Assembly: GCA_031366845.1 (NCBI GenBank)
Contig: JANLOZ010000257.1
Coordinates: 728-64,727, forward strand
Origin: Novosphingobium sp.
GTDB taxonomy: Bacteria; Pseudomonadota; Alphaproteobacteria; Sphingomonadales; Sphingomonadaceae
Direction of reading: 5' to 3'
DNA: 64,000 nt
The position numbers and the translations under genes were made by a program. The notes under the pieces were generated by a model. It had not been told where the DNA came from, ran no database searches, and saw nothing but the letters and a program-made list of their open reading frames with translations. Position 1 is the first letter of the stretch. The number at the start of each line of letters is the position of its first letter. Below, one piece after another: positions 18,725 to 28,984 of the stretch.

Positions 18725-20185
18725 ATGAAATTGCTCCGCAAGCTCCTCGTAGCGCTCGTCTGTTTCGTCCTCGTGGTGATGGGCTTCTGGCTTTACGCCA
18801 AATATGGCCACAGCAGCGACAAGTCGATCAGCGCGACCGAGGGCAAAGACATCACTCTGGTCGATCCGGACGTGCAGAAGATACCTTCTGTGGTGATCCC
18901 CGACATCATCGGCTGGGGCCAGACTGAAGCGCCGCAGGGCGCGCCGGGAATGCAAGTCAGCCGCTTCGCTGCAGGACTCGACCATCCGCGCGTGATGTTG
19001 ACCTTGCCCAATGGTGATGTTCTGGTGGCCGAGGCCGATCATCCCTCGGAAAAGCCCAACGGGCTGAAGGACCGGGTTGCCAAGCAGCTTTACAAGCAAG
19101 CCGGCGCCAACCTAGGCTCGCCCAATGCGATCATTCTGCTGCGCGATGCTGATGGCAACGGCAGCGCTGAACAACGCTTTACCCTTCGCACTGACGGGCT
19201 CGATTCGCCCTCTGGGATGGCCTGGGGCAATGGCAAACTCTATGTTGCCAACCATAACGCAGTGCTCGCCTTTGATTACACCCCCGGTGCGACTACGCTC
19301 ACCGGCGCACCAACCAAGCTGATGGATCTACCCGGCGGCGGCAATCACTGGATGCGAAACCTGTTGTTGAGCCCCGATGGCAAGAAGCTCTATGTCGCCG
19401 TGGGATCATCGAGCAATATCGCCGAAAACGGCATGGACGTGGAAAAGGGACGCGCGGCGATCTGGGAGATCGATCTCGCCTCTGGCCGCCCGCGCCAGTT
19501 CGCCAGCGGCATGCGCAATCCCAACGGGATGGACTGGAACCCGGCGAGCGGCGAGCTTTGGGCAACGGTGCTCGAGCGCGATCAGCTGGGGCCTGATCTG
19601 GTGCCTGATTATCTCAGCAATGTGCCGATCGGCGCACAATATGGCTGGCCGTGGTATTACTGGAAGGACAAGCTGGACGAACGGGTCGATGTGCCGATGC
19701 CGATTTACCTCAACGAATATATCCGCAAGCCTGAATTCGCTCTCGGCGCACATACCGCGACGCTAGGCATGCGATTTGCCCAAGCAGGGCTGCGGCTGGG
19801 GCCTGACTTTGGCAGTGGCGCGTTCATTGCCCGCCACGGATCATGGAATCGCAACCCGATTTCGGGTTATGATGTGGTGTTTGTGAAGTTTGACGATCAC
19901 GGCAATCCGCTCGGCATGCCGATTCCCGTGCTGACGGGCTTTATCAAGGACCAGACCCACGTCCGCGGGCGGCCCACATGGGTGGGCTTTGACCGCACCG
20001 GCGGTCTGCTCATCAGCGACGACACTGCCGGGATTATCTGGCGGGTAATCGTTCCCGGTGCGCCGCCGTCGCCGGGCGTGAAGCCGGTGGTTACCGATCA
20101 CATGCCGATCCGCACTGAAATCAACGGCGCCACCGAAGCCGACTTCCGCCGAAAGTTTGAGGAAATGATGCAGAAGGGGAAGTAG
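18725..20185 (+). CDS. PQQ-dependent sugar / L-sorbosone dehydrogenase family protein
   Basis: N-terminal membrane anchor, GLDHPR, GGGNHWMR, ASGMRNPNG, ERDQLGPDLVPDY, HGSWNR and GRP...SDD motifs. Confidence 0.88.
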   Translation: MKLLRKLLVALVCFVLVVMGFWLYAKYGHSSDKSISATEGKDITLVDPDVQKIPSVVIPDIIGWGQTEAPQGAPGMQVSRFAAGLDHPRVMLTLPNGDVLVAEADHPSEKPNGLKDRVAKQLYKQAGANLGSPNAIILLRDADGNGSAEQRFTLRTDGLDSPSGMAWGNGKLYVANHNAVLAFDYTPGATTLTGAPTKLMDLPGGGNHWMRNLLLSPDGKKLYVAVGSSSNIAENGMDVEKGRAAIWEIDLASGRPRQFASGMRNPNGMDWNPASGELWATVLERDQLGPDLVPDYLSNVPIGAQYGWPWYYWKDKLDERVDVPMPIYLNEYIRKPEFALGAHTATLGMRFAQAGLRLGPDFGSGAFIARHGSWNRNPISGYDVVFVKFDDHGNPLGMPIPVLTGFIKDQTHVRGRPTWVGFDRTGGLLISDDTAGIIWRVIVPGAPPSPGVKPVVTDHMPIRTEINGATEADFRRKFEEMMQKGK

Positions 20186-20191
20186 GGGCCG

Positions 20192-21022
20192 CTACAACTT
20201 CCGCCCGGCTCGCCCAGCGAGTTCAGTTACATAATGCCAGGCAACGCGTCCGGATCGCGCGCCACGGCGGCGAGACCATTCCAATGCGTCGGTCTGCTCG
20301 AAATGCAGGCCGAGATCGCCGGCATAGCCCGCGATAATCGCCAGATAATCATCCTGATCACAGGCGTGGAAGCCCACTGAAAGTCCGAACCGGTCTGCCA
20401 GCGCCAACCGATCATCGACGACATCGCGCAGATTGATCGGATCATCCTGCTCGCTCATGTGCCGCGAGACAATGGCACGGCGATTGGCGGTGACGGCAAG
20501 ACGGACATTGGCGGGGCGCGCCTCGATCCCGCCTTCGAGCCACGATCGCAGCTGGCGCGGGCCGGTGCTGTCACCGTCCTCAAAGCCCAGGTCGTCAATA
20601 TAGACGAGAAACTGGCGCCCGGCTTCGCCAAGCGCGGCGAACAATGCGGCAATCCCGGATAGCGCTTCGGGTGCGACCTGCACCATGGCGATGGCATCGG
20701 GGCGCGCCTGCTGCGCGGCAATAACTGCCGAACGCAGTAGCGCCGATTTGCCCATCCCGCGCGCGCCCCATAGCAGCATATCGTGCGCAGCATGGCCCTC
20801 AGCGTGACGCTGGACATTGCCAACCACCACGGCCTTCTGCTGGTCAATACCGCGCAGCAGATCGAGCCTGGGGGCGTGGAGCGCGGGAACCGCGCGCGCT
20901 GAATCGCCCTGCCAGAGATAGGCGGGATGTGCCTGCCAGTCGGCTTGCACGGCTAGGGCAGGAGCGAGCCGATCAAGCGCATCGGCAATCCGCAATAGCG
21001 GTGATTCGTCGCCAGTGCTCAC
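20192..21022 (-). CDS. DUF815 family ATP-binding protein
   Basis: LLWGARGMGKSAL Walker A, YIDDL, ANRRAIV, DRFGLSVGF and RSGRVAW. GTG start overlaps the upstream stop. Confidence 0.85.
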   Translation of the reverse strand: MSTGDESPLLRIADALDRLAPALAVQADWQAHPAYLWQGDSARAVPALHAPRLDLLRGIDQQKAVVVGNVQRHAEGHAAHDMLLWGARGMGKSALLRSAVIAAQQARPDAIAMVQVAPEALSGIAALFAALGEAGRQFLVYIDDLGFEDGDSTGPRQLRSWLEGGIEARPANVRLAVTANRRAIVSRHMSEQDDPINLRDVVDDRLALADRFGLSVGFHACDQDDYLAIIAGYAGDLGLHFEQTDALEWSRRRGARSGRVAWHYVTELAGRAGRKL

Positions 21023-22758
21023 CCTGCCAGCGCCTCGGCATCGAGTGCATAGAGCAGCCCAGCCCCCGCCATGGCTGCGGCCTTCAATCCGGCGGCCTCG
21101 GGCACCAGCGAATCGATGAAAAATCGCGCCACAACCGGTTTGCTTTTGGCAATCAGCCCATCTTCGGCCGCCGCCGCCGCGCGTGCTTGCCGCAGCAGTT
21201 GCCAGCCCGCTACCGCCGCCGCACACATGGTGAGGAAAGGCACCGAGCCTGCAAGCCTGTCATCAAGGCTGGCGTCGCGCGCCATCCATTCACCGATCCC
21301 GGCGCAGTCTTTTGCCAGCGCTAACAGCGCCGGCTCGTCGACAGCTTCACGGGCAATATCAGCCATCAGCGCCGCCAGAACCTTGCCCCCGTCGAGCCCC
21401 AGCTTGCGCGTGACGAGATCCGCCGCCTGAATGCCGTTGGTGCCTTCGTAAATTGGCGCAATCCTGGCATCGCGATAGAACTGCGCCGCGCCGGTTTCTT
21501 CGATAAACCCCATGCCGCCGTGGATTTGAAGCCCCAGACTGGCGACTTCACAGCCAATGTCAGTGCCCCAGGCCTTGACCAGTGGCACCAGCAGGTCACC
21601 GCGCATTTCGGCGGCATCATCGCCCAGCGCGCCGCGATCAACCTGCCCGCAGGCATAATAGACCAGCGCTCGCGCCGCTTCGGTCAGCGCCCGCATGCGC
21701 AGCAGCATGCGCCGCACGTCAGGATGTTCGATGATCGCCACCGGCGTCTTGTCCGCCGATCCGGCCCGCGACGATTGCACCCGTTCGCGGGCGAACCTGG
21801 CGGCTTTTTGCAGCGCCGCTTCGGCGACTTGCACGCCTTGCGCGCCGACATTGATCCGCGCCGAGTTCATCATCGTGAACATGCATTTGATGCCGTTGTT
21901 CTCGCCGCCGATCAGCTCGCCGATGCACTGATCGTTGTCCCCATAGCTCATCACACAGGTGGGCGATGCGTGGATTCCCAGCTTGTGTTCAAGGCTGACT
22001 GCGCGGCAATCATTGTGCGCGCCAGGGGTGCCATCGGCACTGACGTGAAAACGCGGCACGATGAACAGAGAAATCCCGCGGGTTCCCGCTGGCGCGCCCG
22101 GCGTCCGCGCCAGAACGAGGTGGACGATATTGTCCGCCAGTTCGTGCTCGCCCCAGGTAATGAAGATTTTGGTGCCCTTGATCAGATATTTGCCAGCGTT
22201 TTCGCCTGCGGTGATCGGCGTGGCGCTGGTGCGCAAAGCCCCGACATCAGACCCCGCCTGGGGCTCGGTAAGATTCATCGTCCCCGGCCATTCGCCGCTG
22301 ATCAGCTTGGCGAGATAGGTCGCCTTCTGGTCCTCGCTGCCATGCTGCTCGATCGCCTCGATCGCCCCGACAGTCAGCATCGGCAGCAGCGAAAAACCCA
22401 TGTTTGCCGCGCCGAGGTTCTCGAGCACACAGACGGCGAGGCTGAACGGCAGGCCCTGCCCACCGAAGTGCTCGGGGCCCGAAATCGCATTCCAGCCTTG
22501 CTCGACATAGGCGCGATAGGCTTCGGCGTATCCCTCGGGAAGCTGCACTTTTCCGTCGATCAGCCGCGCACCCTGGCTATCGCCGATGCGTGACAAGGGC
22601 GCCCATTTGCCCGCAGCAAACTGCCCCACGCCATCGACAATCGCCTCGACCATGTCGGGGCTGGCGGCGGCAAACCGCGCATGCGTGGCAAGCTCGTCGA
22701 TCCCGGCGCTGACCCGGAGGGCGAAGACCTGTTCGGCGGTGGGCGGGGTGTAGGTCAT
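21019..22758 (-). CDS. acyl-CoA dehydrogenase
   Basis: GTMNLTEPQAGSD, GTKIFIT, EHKLGIHASPT, LQIHGGMGFIEE and IYEGTNGIQA motifs. Confidence 0.93.
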   Translation of the reverse strand: MTYTPPTAEQVFALRVSAGIDELATHARFAAASPDMVEAIVDGVGQFAAGKWAPLSRIGDSQGARLIDGKVQLPEGYAEAYRAYVEQGWNAISGPEHFGGQGLPFSLAVCVLENLGAANMGFSLLPMLTVGAIEAIEQHGSEDQKATYLAKLISGEWPGTMNLTEPQAGSDVGALRTSATPITAGENAGKYLIKGTKIFITWGEHELADNIVHLVLARTPGAPAGTRGISLFIVPRFHVSADGTPGAHNDCRAVSLEHKLGIHASPTCVMSYGDNDQCIGELIGGENNGIKCMFTMMNSARINVGAQGVQVAEAALQKAARFARERVQSSRAGSADKTPVAIIEHPDVRRMLLRMRALTEAARALVYYACGQVDRGALGDDAAEMRGDLLVPLVKAWGTDIGCEVASLGLQIHGGMGFIEETGAAQFYRDARIAPIYEGTNGIQAADLVTRKLGLDGGKVLAALMADIAREAVDEPALLALAKDCAGIGEWMARDASLDDRLAGSVPFLTMCAAAVAGWQLLRQARAAAAAEDGLIAKSKPVVARFFIDSLVPEAAGLKAAAMAGAGLLYALDAEALAG

Positions 22759-22815
22759 GCGTGGGCTCGGCTCTTTTTCTTGGCAACTGCGCGCGCCTGC
22801 CTATAGCGCAGCGGC

Positions 22816-23769
22816 ATGAGCGGCAAGAGCGCACCCCTGATCCTGATGGCTGACGCTACGGCATGCCGCGCGGCGGCAGCGCGCCTGCGCGCGAACGGGC
22901 TGGTCGCGCTGCCAACCGAGACGGTTTACGGTCTCGCCGCGCGGGCGGACAGCGAATCGGCAGTCGCGGCAATCTACCGCGCCAAAGGCCGCCCGGATTT
23001 CAATCCGCTGATTGTCCACGTTACCTCGCTGGCGCAGGCCGAGGCGCTGGCCGAGTTCGACCACCGCGCACGGGCTTTGGCGGCGCGATTCTGGCCCGGT
23101 GCGCTGACCATGGTTCTCCCGCTGCGCGAGGGCGCGGGCATTGCCCCAGCGGTGACCGCTGGCTTGCCGACAATTGCGCTGCGCTGCCCGGCGCATCGGG
23201 TGATGCAGGCGGTTCTGAAGGCAACGGGCCTGCCGCTCGCAGCGCCATCGGCGAATCGCAGCGGCGGCGTAAGCCCGACCAGCGCAGGCCATGTGGCGGC
23301 GAGTTTGGGCGATGCCGTGGAACTGATCCTCGATGGCGGAGATAGCGAACAGGGGATCGAATCAACCATTGTCGCGCTGCGGCCGCTTGGCTGGGCCTTG
23401 TTGCGTCCCGGGCCGGTTACGCATGATCAACTTGCTGAAATTGTGGGTGATGTCGCTGACGCTGTGACGTCCTCGTCTGGTGCGATTGAGGCACCAGGCC
23501 AACTTGCCAGCCACTATTCACCCGGCAAACCGGTGCGGTTGAATGCGCGCGAGGCCGGGCCCGAGGAATTCCACATCGGCTTTGGCGCAGTATCAGGCGA
23601 TGTCACGCTATCGGCCACGGGCGACTGCGCCGAGGCCGCATCCCGCCTCTACGCCTGCCTGCACCTTGCCGCCGCCGCTCCGCCACCGCGAATCGCCGTT
23701 GCTCGGGTGCCCGAGGTAGGAATTGGCGCGGCGATCAACGACCGTTTGCGCCGCGCCGCCGCGCCCTAG
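22816..23769 (+). CDS. tsaC: L-threonylcarbamoyladenylate synthase (Sua5/TsaC)
   Basis: PTETVYGL, KGRPDFNPLIVH, AAPSANRS, GIESTI and PGQLASHY motifs. Confidence 0.92.
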   Translation: MSGKSAPLILMADATACRAAAARLRANGLVALPTETVYGLAARADSESAVAAIYRAKGRPDFNPLIVHVTSLAQAEALAEFDHRARALAARFWPGALTMVLPLREGAGIAPAVTAGLPTIALRCPAHRVMQAVLKATGLPLAAPSANRSGGVSPTSAGHVAASLGDAVELILDGGDSEQGIESTIVALRPLGWALLRPGPVTHDQLAEIVGDVADAVTSSSGAIEAPGQLASHYSPGKPVRLNAREAGPEEFHIGFGAVSGDVTLSATGDCAEAASRLYACLHLAAAAPPPRIAVARVPEVGIGAAINDRLRRAAAP

Positions 23770-24563
23770 TTGGCGTTACTTTCATCAGCATCGGGCGCAT
23801 CTGGCGCATCGTCCCTGGTGGGTTCGCCGCTTTCGCAAACCAGCTTGCCCGAGCCCATCGAACTCACCTTGCAGGTCGCGCGGCCCTTGACCGTGACCAT
23901 GCCCGAGCCGAAAATCGACGCCGAAACGTCGCCGTCGGAGGTTATCGTGGCATTGCCCGATCCGGCGATCGTCACCTTGGCGTGATCGGCACGCAAGGCG
24001 GCGAGATCGGCGCTGCCCGATCCGGCGATGGTCATATCGAGGTTCTTGATCGCCCCGCCGCCGTGCATCGTTCCCGATCCGGCAACAGTCAGCTTGAACG
24101 AATCGCCTGAAATGGTCCCCGCGTGAACTTCGCCCGAACCGGCGACGGTGACCTTCGCGTCTTTACCCAGTTGCGCGGCGTCGATGGTGCCCGAACCCGC
24201 CAGCGTTACGTCCTGCGGCGCAGGCATCGTGACATTTACAATCACCGCGCCGCCGTTCTTCCATGACTTTGTTCGCAGAATCCCAAGCGTTCCACCCGTG
24301 AGGGTAAAACGCAGCTTGTCAGCGACATTGGCATCGCCTTCGACAGTGATCGCCAGCTTCGCGCCTTCGGTGATTTTAACGTGATCGGGCCCGGCGAGCA
24401 CCAGCTTGGTCGGCGCTTCGCCTGTCAGATCAAGCTCGGAAAGTTTCTTCCCCTCTGTGCCGTCAACCGTAATCGTTGAATCGCAGCCTGACAGTGAGGC
24501 GGTCATGGCGAGAGCGGCGAGCGGGGCGAAGGCCTTGCAGATTGATCCGACATCGATGCGCAT
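23766..24563 (-). CDS. head GIN domain (DUF2807) lipoprotein
   Basis: Lipobox-like ASLSGC and repeated xxGSG beta-helix motifs (LAGSG, VAGSG, IAGSG, IFGSG). Confidence 0.82.
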   Translation of the reverse strand: MRIDVGSICKAFAPLAALAMTASLSGCDSTITVDGTEGKKLSELDLTGEAPTKLVLAGPDHVKITEGAKLAITVEGDANVADKLRFTLTGGTLGILRTKSWKNGGAVIVNVTMPAPQDVTLAGSGTIDAAQLGKDAKVTVAGSGEVHAGTISGDSFKLTVAGSGTMHGGGAIKNLDMTIAGSGSADLAALRADHAKVTIAGSGNATITSDGDVSASIFGSGMVTVKGRATCKVSSMGSGKLVCESGEPTRDDAPDAPDADESNAN

Positions 24564-24582
24564 GGGGAATATCCTCGGCGTT

Positions 24583-24604
24583 GTGTATTGTTATATTAAT
24601 ACAC
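24583..24604. promoter_or_regulatory. inverted-repeat operator upstream of the GIN-domain gene (YtrA/GntR-like)
   Basis: GTGTATT-gttatatt-AATACAC, 20 bp upstream of the start codon, in an AT-rich patch. Confidence 0.5.
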
Positions 24605-24635
24605 CTCAAATCGAGGGATTCAAGAGCCTCTGCGC

Positions 24636-24677
24636 AAAAAAACAAAAAGGCCGCGTCCTTGCGGGAGGCGGCCTTTT
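24636..24677 (-). terminator. Rho-independent terminator of carD
   Basis: Minus strand AAAAGGCCGC...GCGGCCTTTTTGTTTTTT, about 25 nt after the carD stop. Confidence 0.8.
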
Positions 24678-24702
24678 CGAAAACAGGCTGAAAAACCCGG
24701 GG

Positions 24703-25239
24703 TTAAACCGCCGCAGCGGCAACTTCATAATACTTCGGCGCATGCTCGTTGAGGATCGCGAGGATCTTCTTGAGCGCGGTCGGCTCGTCGGTCTTTTCCA
24801 TCGCTGCCAATTCGCGCGCGAGGCGCGAGGAAGCGGCTTCGAAGATTTGCCGTTCTGAATAGGACTGCTCGGGCTGATCGTCAGCGCGGAACAGGTCGCG
24901 GGTCACTTCGGCAATCGAAACCAGATCGCCCGAATTGATTTTCGCTTCATATTCCTGCGCGCGGCGTGACCACATCGTGCGCTTGACCTTGGGCTTGCCG
25001 GTCAGCGTGTCGAGTGCCTCACGCAAGGTCTTGTCCGAAGACAGCTTGCGCATGCCGATGGCTTCGACCTTGTTCATCGGCACGCGGAGTGTCATCCGCT
25101 CTTTCTCGAAGCGGAGAACATAGAGTTCCAGCTTCATCCCGGCAATTTCAGTATCTTGCAGTTCGATCACCCGGCCGACCCCGTGCTTGGGATAAACGAC
25201 GTAGTCACCGACAACAAAAGCGTTCGCGTTTGCGGACAT
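24703..25239 (-). CDS. carD: CarD/CdnL family transcription factor
   Basis: GDYVVYPKHGVG, TMWSRRAQEYEAKINSG, RDL and EQSYSERQIFE motifs. Confidence 0.95.
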   Translation of the reverse strand: MSANANAFVVGDYVVYPKHGVGRVIELQDTEIAGMKLELYVLRFEKERMTLRVPMNKVEAIGMRKLSSDKTLREALDTLTGKPKVKRTMWSRRAQEYEAKINSGDLVSIAEVTRDLFRADDQPEQSYSERQIFEAASSRLARELAAMEKTDEPTALKKILAILNEHAPKYYEVAAAAV

Positions 25240-25554
25240 GCAGAATCCTTTCACCAGCCGGAAACGAGCAGGAATGAAAGACGGATGGCTCCGTCAATGC
25301 ATCGCCAATGGCGTGTCGGACCCCAAGTCCGATCAACCCCGCGCCGCAACCAAGCCTTTCATAAATTGCGAGCCAGACCAGGGCGAATGCCCGGCCACTT
25401 GCAGCATTAAATAGCACGCTTGTAACAAAATTACCATAGGCACGCGCTGCAGTTGCGAACAAAGCGCCACTGCTGGCCGGCTTCACAAAAGAAAATCATG
25501 TTAGCACAGATAGTTACTGGCAACTAACCTTGCCAGTGCACCCCAGGAAAAGCG

Positions 25555-25893
25555 TCAGTCACCCTCACCCGGATCGGCCGAGAAGTACTTATCGAACTTG
25601 CCTTCTTCACCCTTGAACTCGTCGGCATCTTCGGGTGAGTCTTTCTTGGTGGTGATGTTCGGCCATTCGGCGGAAAACTTGGTGTTGAGCTCGAGCCACT
25701 GTTCGAGGCCAGACTCGGTATCGGGCAGAATCGCCTCGGCCGGACACTCGGGCTCGCAAACGCCGCAATCGATGCACTCGCTGGGGTTGATAACCAGCAT
25801 ATTGTCGCCTTCGTAGAAGCAATCTACCGGGCAGACCTCTACGCAGTCCATATACTTGCACTTGATGCAGGCGTCGGTGACGACATAGGTCAT
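25555..25893 (-). CDS. fdxA: ferredoxin (7Fe/8Fe type)
   Basis: [29 protein letters not shown] and [13 protein letters not shown] motifs. Confidence 0.96.
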   Translation of the reverse strand: MTYVVTDACIKCKYMDCVEVCPVDCFYEGDNMLVINPSECIDCGVCEPECPAEAILPDTESGLEQWLELNTKFSAEWPNITTKKDSPEDADEFKGEEGKFDKYFSADPGEGD

Positions 25894-25955
25894 TGTGGTA
25901 CTTCCCCTTGCTCGGACGCGTGGTTTTGTTCGGACGCATGGTTTTGCGGTCCCGG

Positions 25956-26234
25956 TTACCCTCCAGCTATCGGCATTGGCCCGCGCTCGTCAAGCACCCT
26001 GTAGCATGTTTGCGCTTCGCTGGCGGGGCCGCGGCGTTCGGGAAGCATGACAACTTCGATTACCTTGACCCCGGTTCGCAGCGGCAGTGTTATGACGTTG
26101 CCCACGACAAGCTGCGCAGACGGCTTTTCGATGCGGCGTCCGTTGATGCGGATGTGGCCTTCAAAAATCCACTCCTGGGCGAGCCCGCGGCTGGCGGCAA
26201 AGCGCAAGAACCACAGCGCCTTGTCGAGCCGCAT
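25956..26234 (-). CDS. RNA-binding S4 domain protein (Hsp15-like)
   Basis: [12 protein letters not shown]...[11 protein letters not shown]; coupled to the helicase stop (TAATG). Confidence 0.88.
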   Translation of the reverse strand: MRLDKALWFLRFAASRGLAQEWIFEGHIRINGRRIEKPSAQLVVGNVITLPLRTGVKVIEVVMLPERRGPASEAQTCYRVLDERGPMPIAGG

Positions 26235-28900
26235 TATTTGCCCTTCAACATCAGCCCGGCCAGCGCAGCAAAGGCACCAGCGGCTCTTGGCGGCGGCGGG
26301 GGCGGCCGGCGGAGCACCTTTGCTGGACCAGCAGAATTCTGCTGTGTTTCCGCATTTGGAACGGGCGGCTCTGCGCTCGCCGACCGAGCGCCCTGCGCTT
26401 GTCTTGCCAGCGGTTGCCAAAGCCAGAGGCACGGGGAGGGTGGCCCCAAAGCCCCTTCGGGCAAAGCCCTTGGTTCCCTCGGGCGAAAACCGGCCAGCCG
26501 CAAAAGCGCGTTGGTGTTTTCGGACGACAGGCCCATTGAAATCGCCATCGCCTCGCCAATAAAAAACGGGCGGTGGCCGTTGGCGACGCGTTTATCGTGG
26601 GCGGCGCGAATCAGGCGTTCGGCAAGATCCACACGGATTGCCTGGCTGCCCGCACCCCGATAGCCGGGCGGCGGCCTGCGGCCTTCGGCAATGACCGACG
26701 GCATGCCCGCAGGGACCATTGGCAGCGCCTGGCCGCGCAGCGCGGCAAGCTCGCGCCACAATTCGCGCGCTATCGGCTTGAGCATTGTCAGTACGAACAA
26801 ATCGAGCGTGCCAATTGTTAAATTCAGTTGCCGCAGCAGCAGGCGCTGTGACGGTTCGAGCGCATCAAGGCCAGAGCCGGCGCGGGCAATCACGCCGCCG
26901 CCCTCAACCAGCCGGATCAGCAGTGCGCGCAGTTCAGGCCCGCCTTCGGGCTCGCGGCTGGCCTGATCGATCTGCACAAGGCGGGCAAGCGCCCCCAGCC
27001 GCGCTTCAAGCCAGGCGTCGAGGTGTTGCGACAAGATGCTGCGCTCGGCCAGCGGGATCGCCTCAAGCGCAGGGTCAAGTTTGATTTGCGGCGCAAGCGG
27101 TGAGCGCCCCGCCTGAAGTTTCGCAAGCACATCGGACCCAAGCATTATCGCGCCACCGCTCAGAACCGGGCGCTTGCCTTCGGCATTCATCAACGTCGCG
27201 AGCGCGTTGGCGCGTTCGGCGAGCAACTGCGGCAAGTGGCGTTCGGCAGCCGCGAGCAGCAATTTGCGATCATCATGGCTTGCCTGCGGATCAACCTTGA
27301 ATCGGAATCCTTCCAGCTTTCCGATCGATTCCCCGTCAACCAAAACGTCTTCCCCCTTTACCGTGACGCTGCGCAAGCCTGCGTCGGCCCCCGTCCGCCT
27401 GATTAACACTGACAGCCGCCGGTTAACGAAGCGTTCGGTGAGCCGTGCATGCAGTGCGTCAGACAACCTTGCTTCGACTGCGCGGGTGCGTGCGGCCATT
27501 TCCTCGCGAGCGGAAACCCAGTCCGGCCGCTGGGCGATGTAGGACCACGAGCGGATCGCCGCGAGCCGCCCTTGCAGTGTATCGATATCGCCCGATGGAT
27601 TATCGAGATGGGCGACCTGCGCCGCGACATAGTCTGTGGGCAGCGATCCGCGTCTAAGGTCTTCCCACAACCGCGCGACGAAGCGCGAATGAACCTCGGC
27701 GCCCTGCTGACGAAAATCGGGGAGCATGCAGCTCTCGCGGAACCGCGAAACAGCGGCGCGCCCCTGAACGGTTGCGGCGATATCGGGATCCTCGGCAAGG
27801 CGCCGCATCACCGCGAGGTCTATCGCTTCGGGTGCGGGGGCGAGCTCGGGGCGATCAGGCGGAGCGGAAAGATCGGCGATAAGCGTTTCGAGGCTATCAA
27901 GCCGCGGTTCGGCATCGCGCCAGAACAGCCGGGTTATCGGCGCAAAACGGTTCTCCTCGATGGCATAGACTTCATCATCGGTGAATTCGGCGTCATGACC
28001 TTTCGAGCCTGCCAGCGTGCCGAAAGTTCCATCGCGGTGATGCCGCCCAGCGCGCCCCGCGATCTGCGCCATTTCAGACGGGGTCAGGCGGCGCTGGCGC
28101 TGGCCATCGTATTTTGACAGGCCGGCAAAGGCGACGTGATTGAGATCGAGATTGAGCCCCATGCCAATGGCATCGGTGGCGACGAGATAGTCAACCTCGC
28201 CCGACTGATAGAGCGCGACCTGCCGGTTGCGTGTTTCGGGTGACATCGCCCCCATCACCACCGCCGCGCCGCCACGAAACCGCCGCAGCAGTTCGGCAAC
28301 AACATAGACCTGCTCGGCGCTGAAGGCGACAATGGCGCTGCGCGGGGGAATGCGCGAAAGTTTCCGCGCGCCCGAATGCGACAGCGTGGAAAAGCGCGGG
28401 CGGCTGTTGATCTCGGCGCGCGGCAGCAACGAACGGACCATCGGCTGCATCGTCGCGGAGCCGAGGATCATTGTCTCTTCTCGGCCGCGCGCGTGGAGCA
28501 GTCGGTCGGTGAAAATATGGCCGCGTTCGCGATCGGCGCAAAGCTGCGCTTCATCGAGCGCAACGAATGCCAGATCCCGCGAGTCCTGGTTGGCGTTTCC
28601 GGCGTGCCGGCTTGACCGCAGCGGCATCGCCTCCGCCGTGCACAGCAGCCAGCGGGCATTGGGCGGTTCGATCCGCTCCTCGCCGGTGATCAATGCAACC
28701 CGGTCCGCACCCTTGATTGCACAAACCCGGTCATAAACTTCGCGCGCCAGCAGCCGCAACGGAAAGCCGATCGCGCCAGAGGAATGCGCGCAGAGTCGCT
28801 CGATAGCAAGGTGCGTCTTGCCGGTATTGGTCGGCCCGAGCACGGCAACCAGCTTGCCGTCCTGATCGGAGCGGGAGGGGAAAGGGGCGGGCTTGGCCAT
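26234..28900 (-). CDS. SUV3/MgpS-like superfamily-2 helicase
   Basis: LGPTNTGKT, LDEAQ, VATDAIGMGLN, QIAGRAGR and LSDALHARLTERFV motifs. Confidence 0.9.
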   Translation of the reverse strand: MAKPAPFPSRSDQDGKLVAVLGPTNTGKTHLAIERLCAHSSGAIGFPLRLLAREVYDRVCAIKGADRVALITGEERIEPPNARWLLCTAEAMPLRSSRHAGNANQDSRDLAFVALDEAQLCADRERGHIFTDRLLHARGREETMILGSATMQPMVRSLLPRAEINSRPRFSTLSHSGARKLSRIPPRSAIVAFSAEQVYVVAELLRRFRGGAAVVMGAMSPETRNRQVALYQSGEVDYLVATDAIGMGLNLDLNHVAFAGLSKYDGQRQRRLTPSEMAQIAGRAGRHHRDGTFGTLAGSKGHDAEFTDDEVYAIEENRFAPITRLFWRDAEPRLDSLETLIADLSAPPDRPELAPAPEAIDLAVMRRLAEDPDIAATVQGRAAVSRFRESCMLPDFRQQGAEVHSRFVARLWEDLRRGSLPTDYVAAQVAHLDNPSGDIDTLQGRLAAIRSWSYIAQRPDWVSAREEMAARTRAVEARLSDALHARLTERFVNRRLSVLIRRTGADAGLRSVTVKGEDVLVDGESIGKLEGFRFKVDPQASHDDRKLLLAAAERHLPQLLAERANALATLMNAEGKRPVLSGGAIMLGSDVLAKLQAGRSPLAPQIKLDPALEAIPLAERSILSQHLDAWLEARLGALARLVQIDQASREPEGGPELRALLIRLVEGGGVIARAGSGLDALEPSQRLLLRQLNLTIGTLDLFVLTMLKPIARELWRELAALRGQALPMVPAGMPSVIAEGRRPPPGYRGAGSQAIRVDLAERLIRAAHDKRVANGHRPFFIGEAMAISMGLSSENTNALLRLAGFRPREPRALPEGALGPPSPCLWLWQPLARQAQGARSASAEPPVPNAETQQNSAGPAKVLRRPPPPPPRAAGAFAALAGLMLKGK

Positions 28901-28984
28901 CGCGTGGCCCAATGTGGCAGCGCGTCAGCAGCCCGGCAAGCGGGCATGGCAGATTTCCCCCAGCGCTGCCGAAATCCACCGGGA

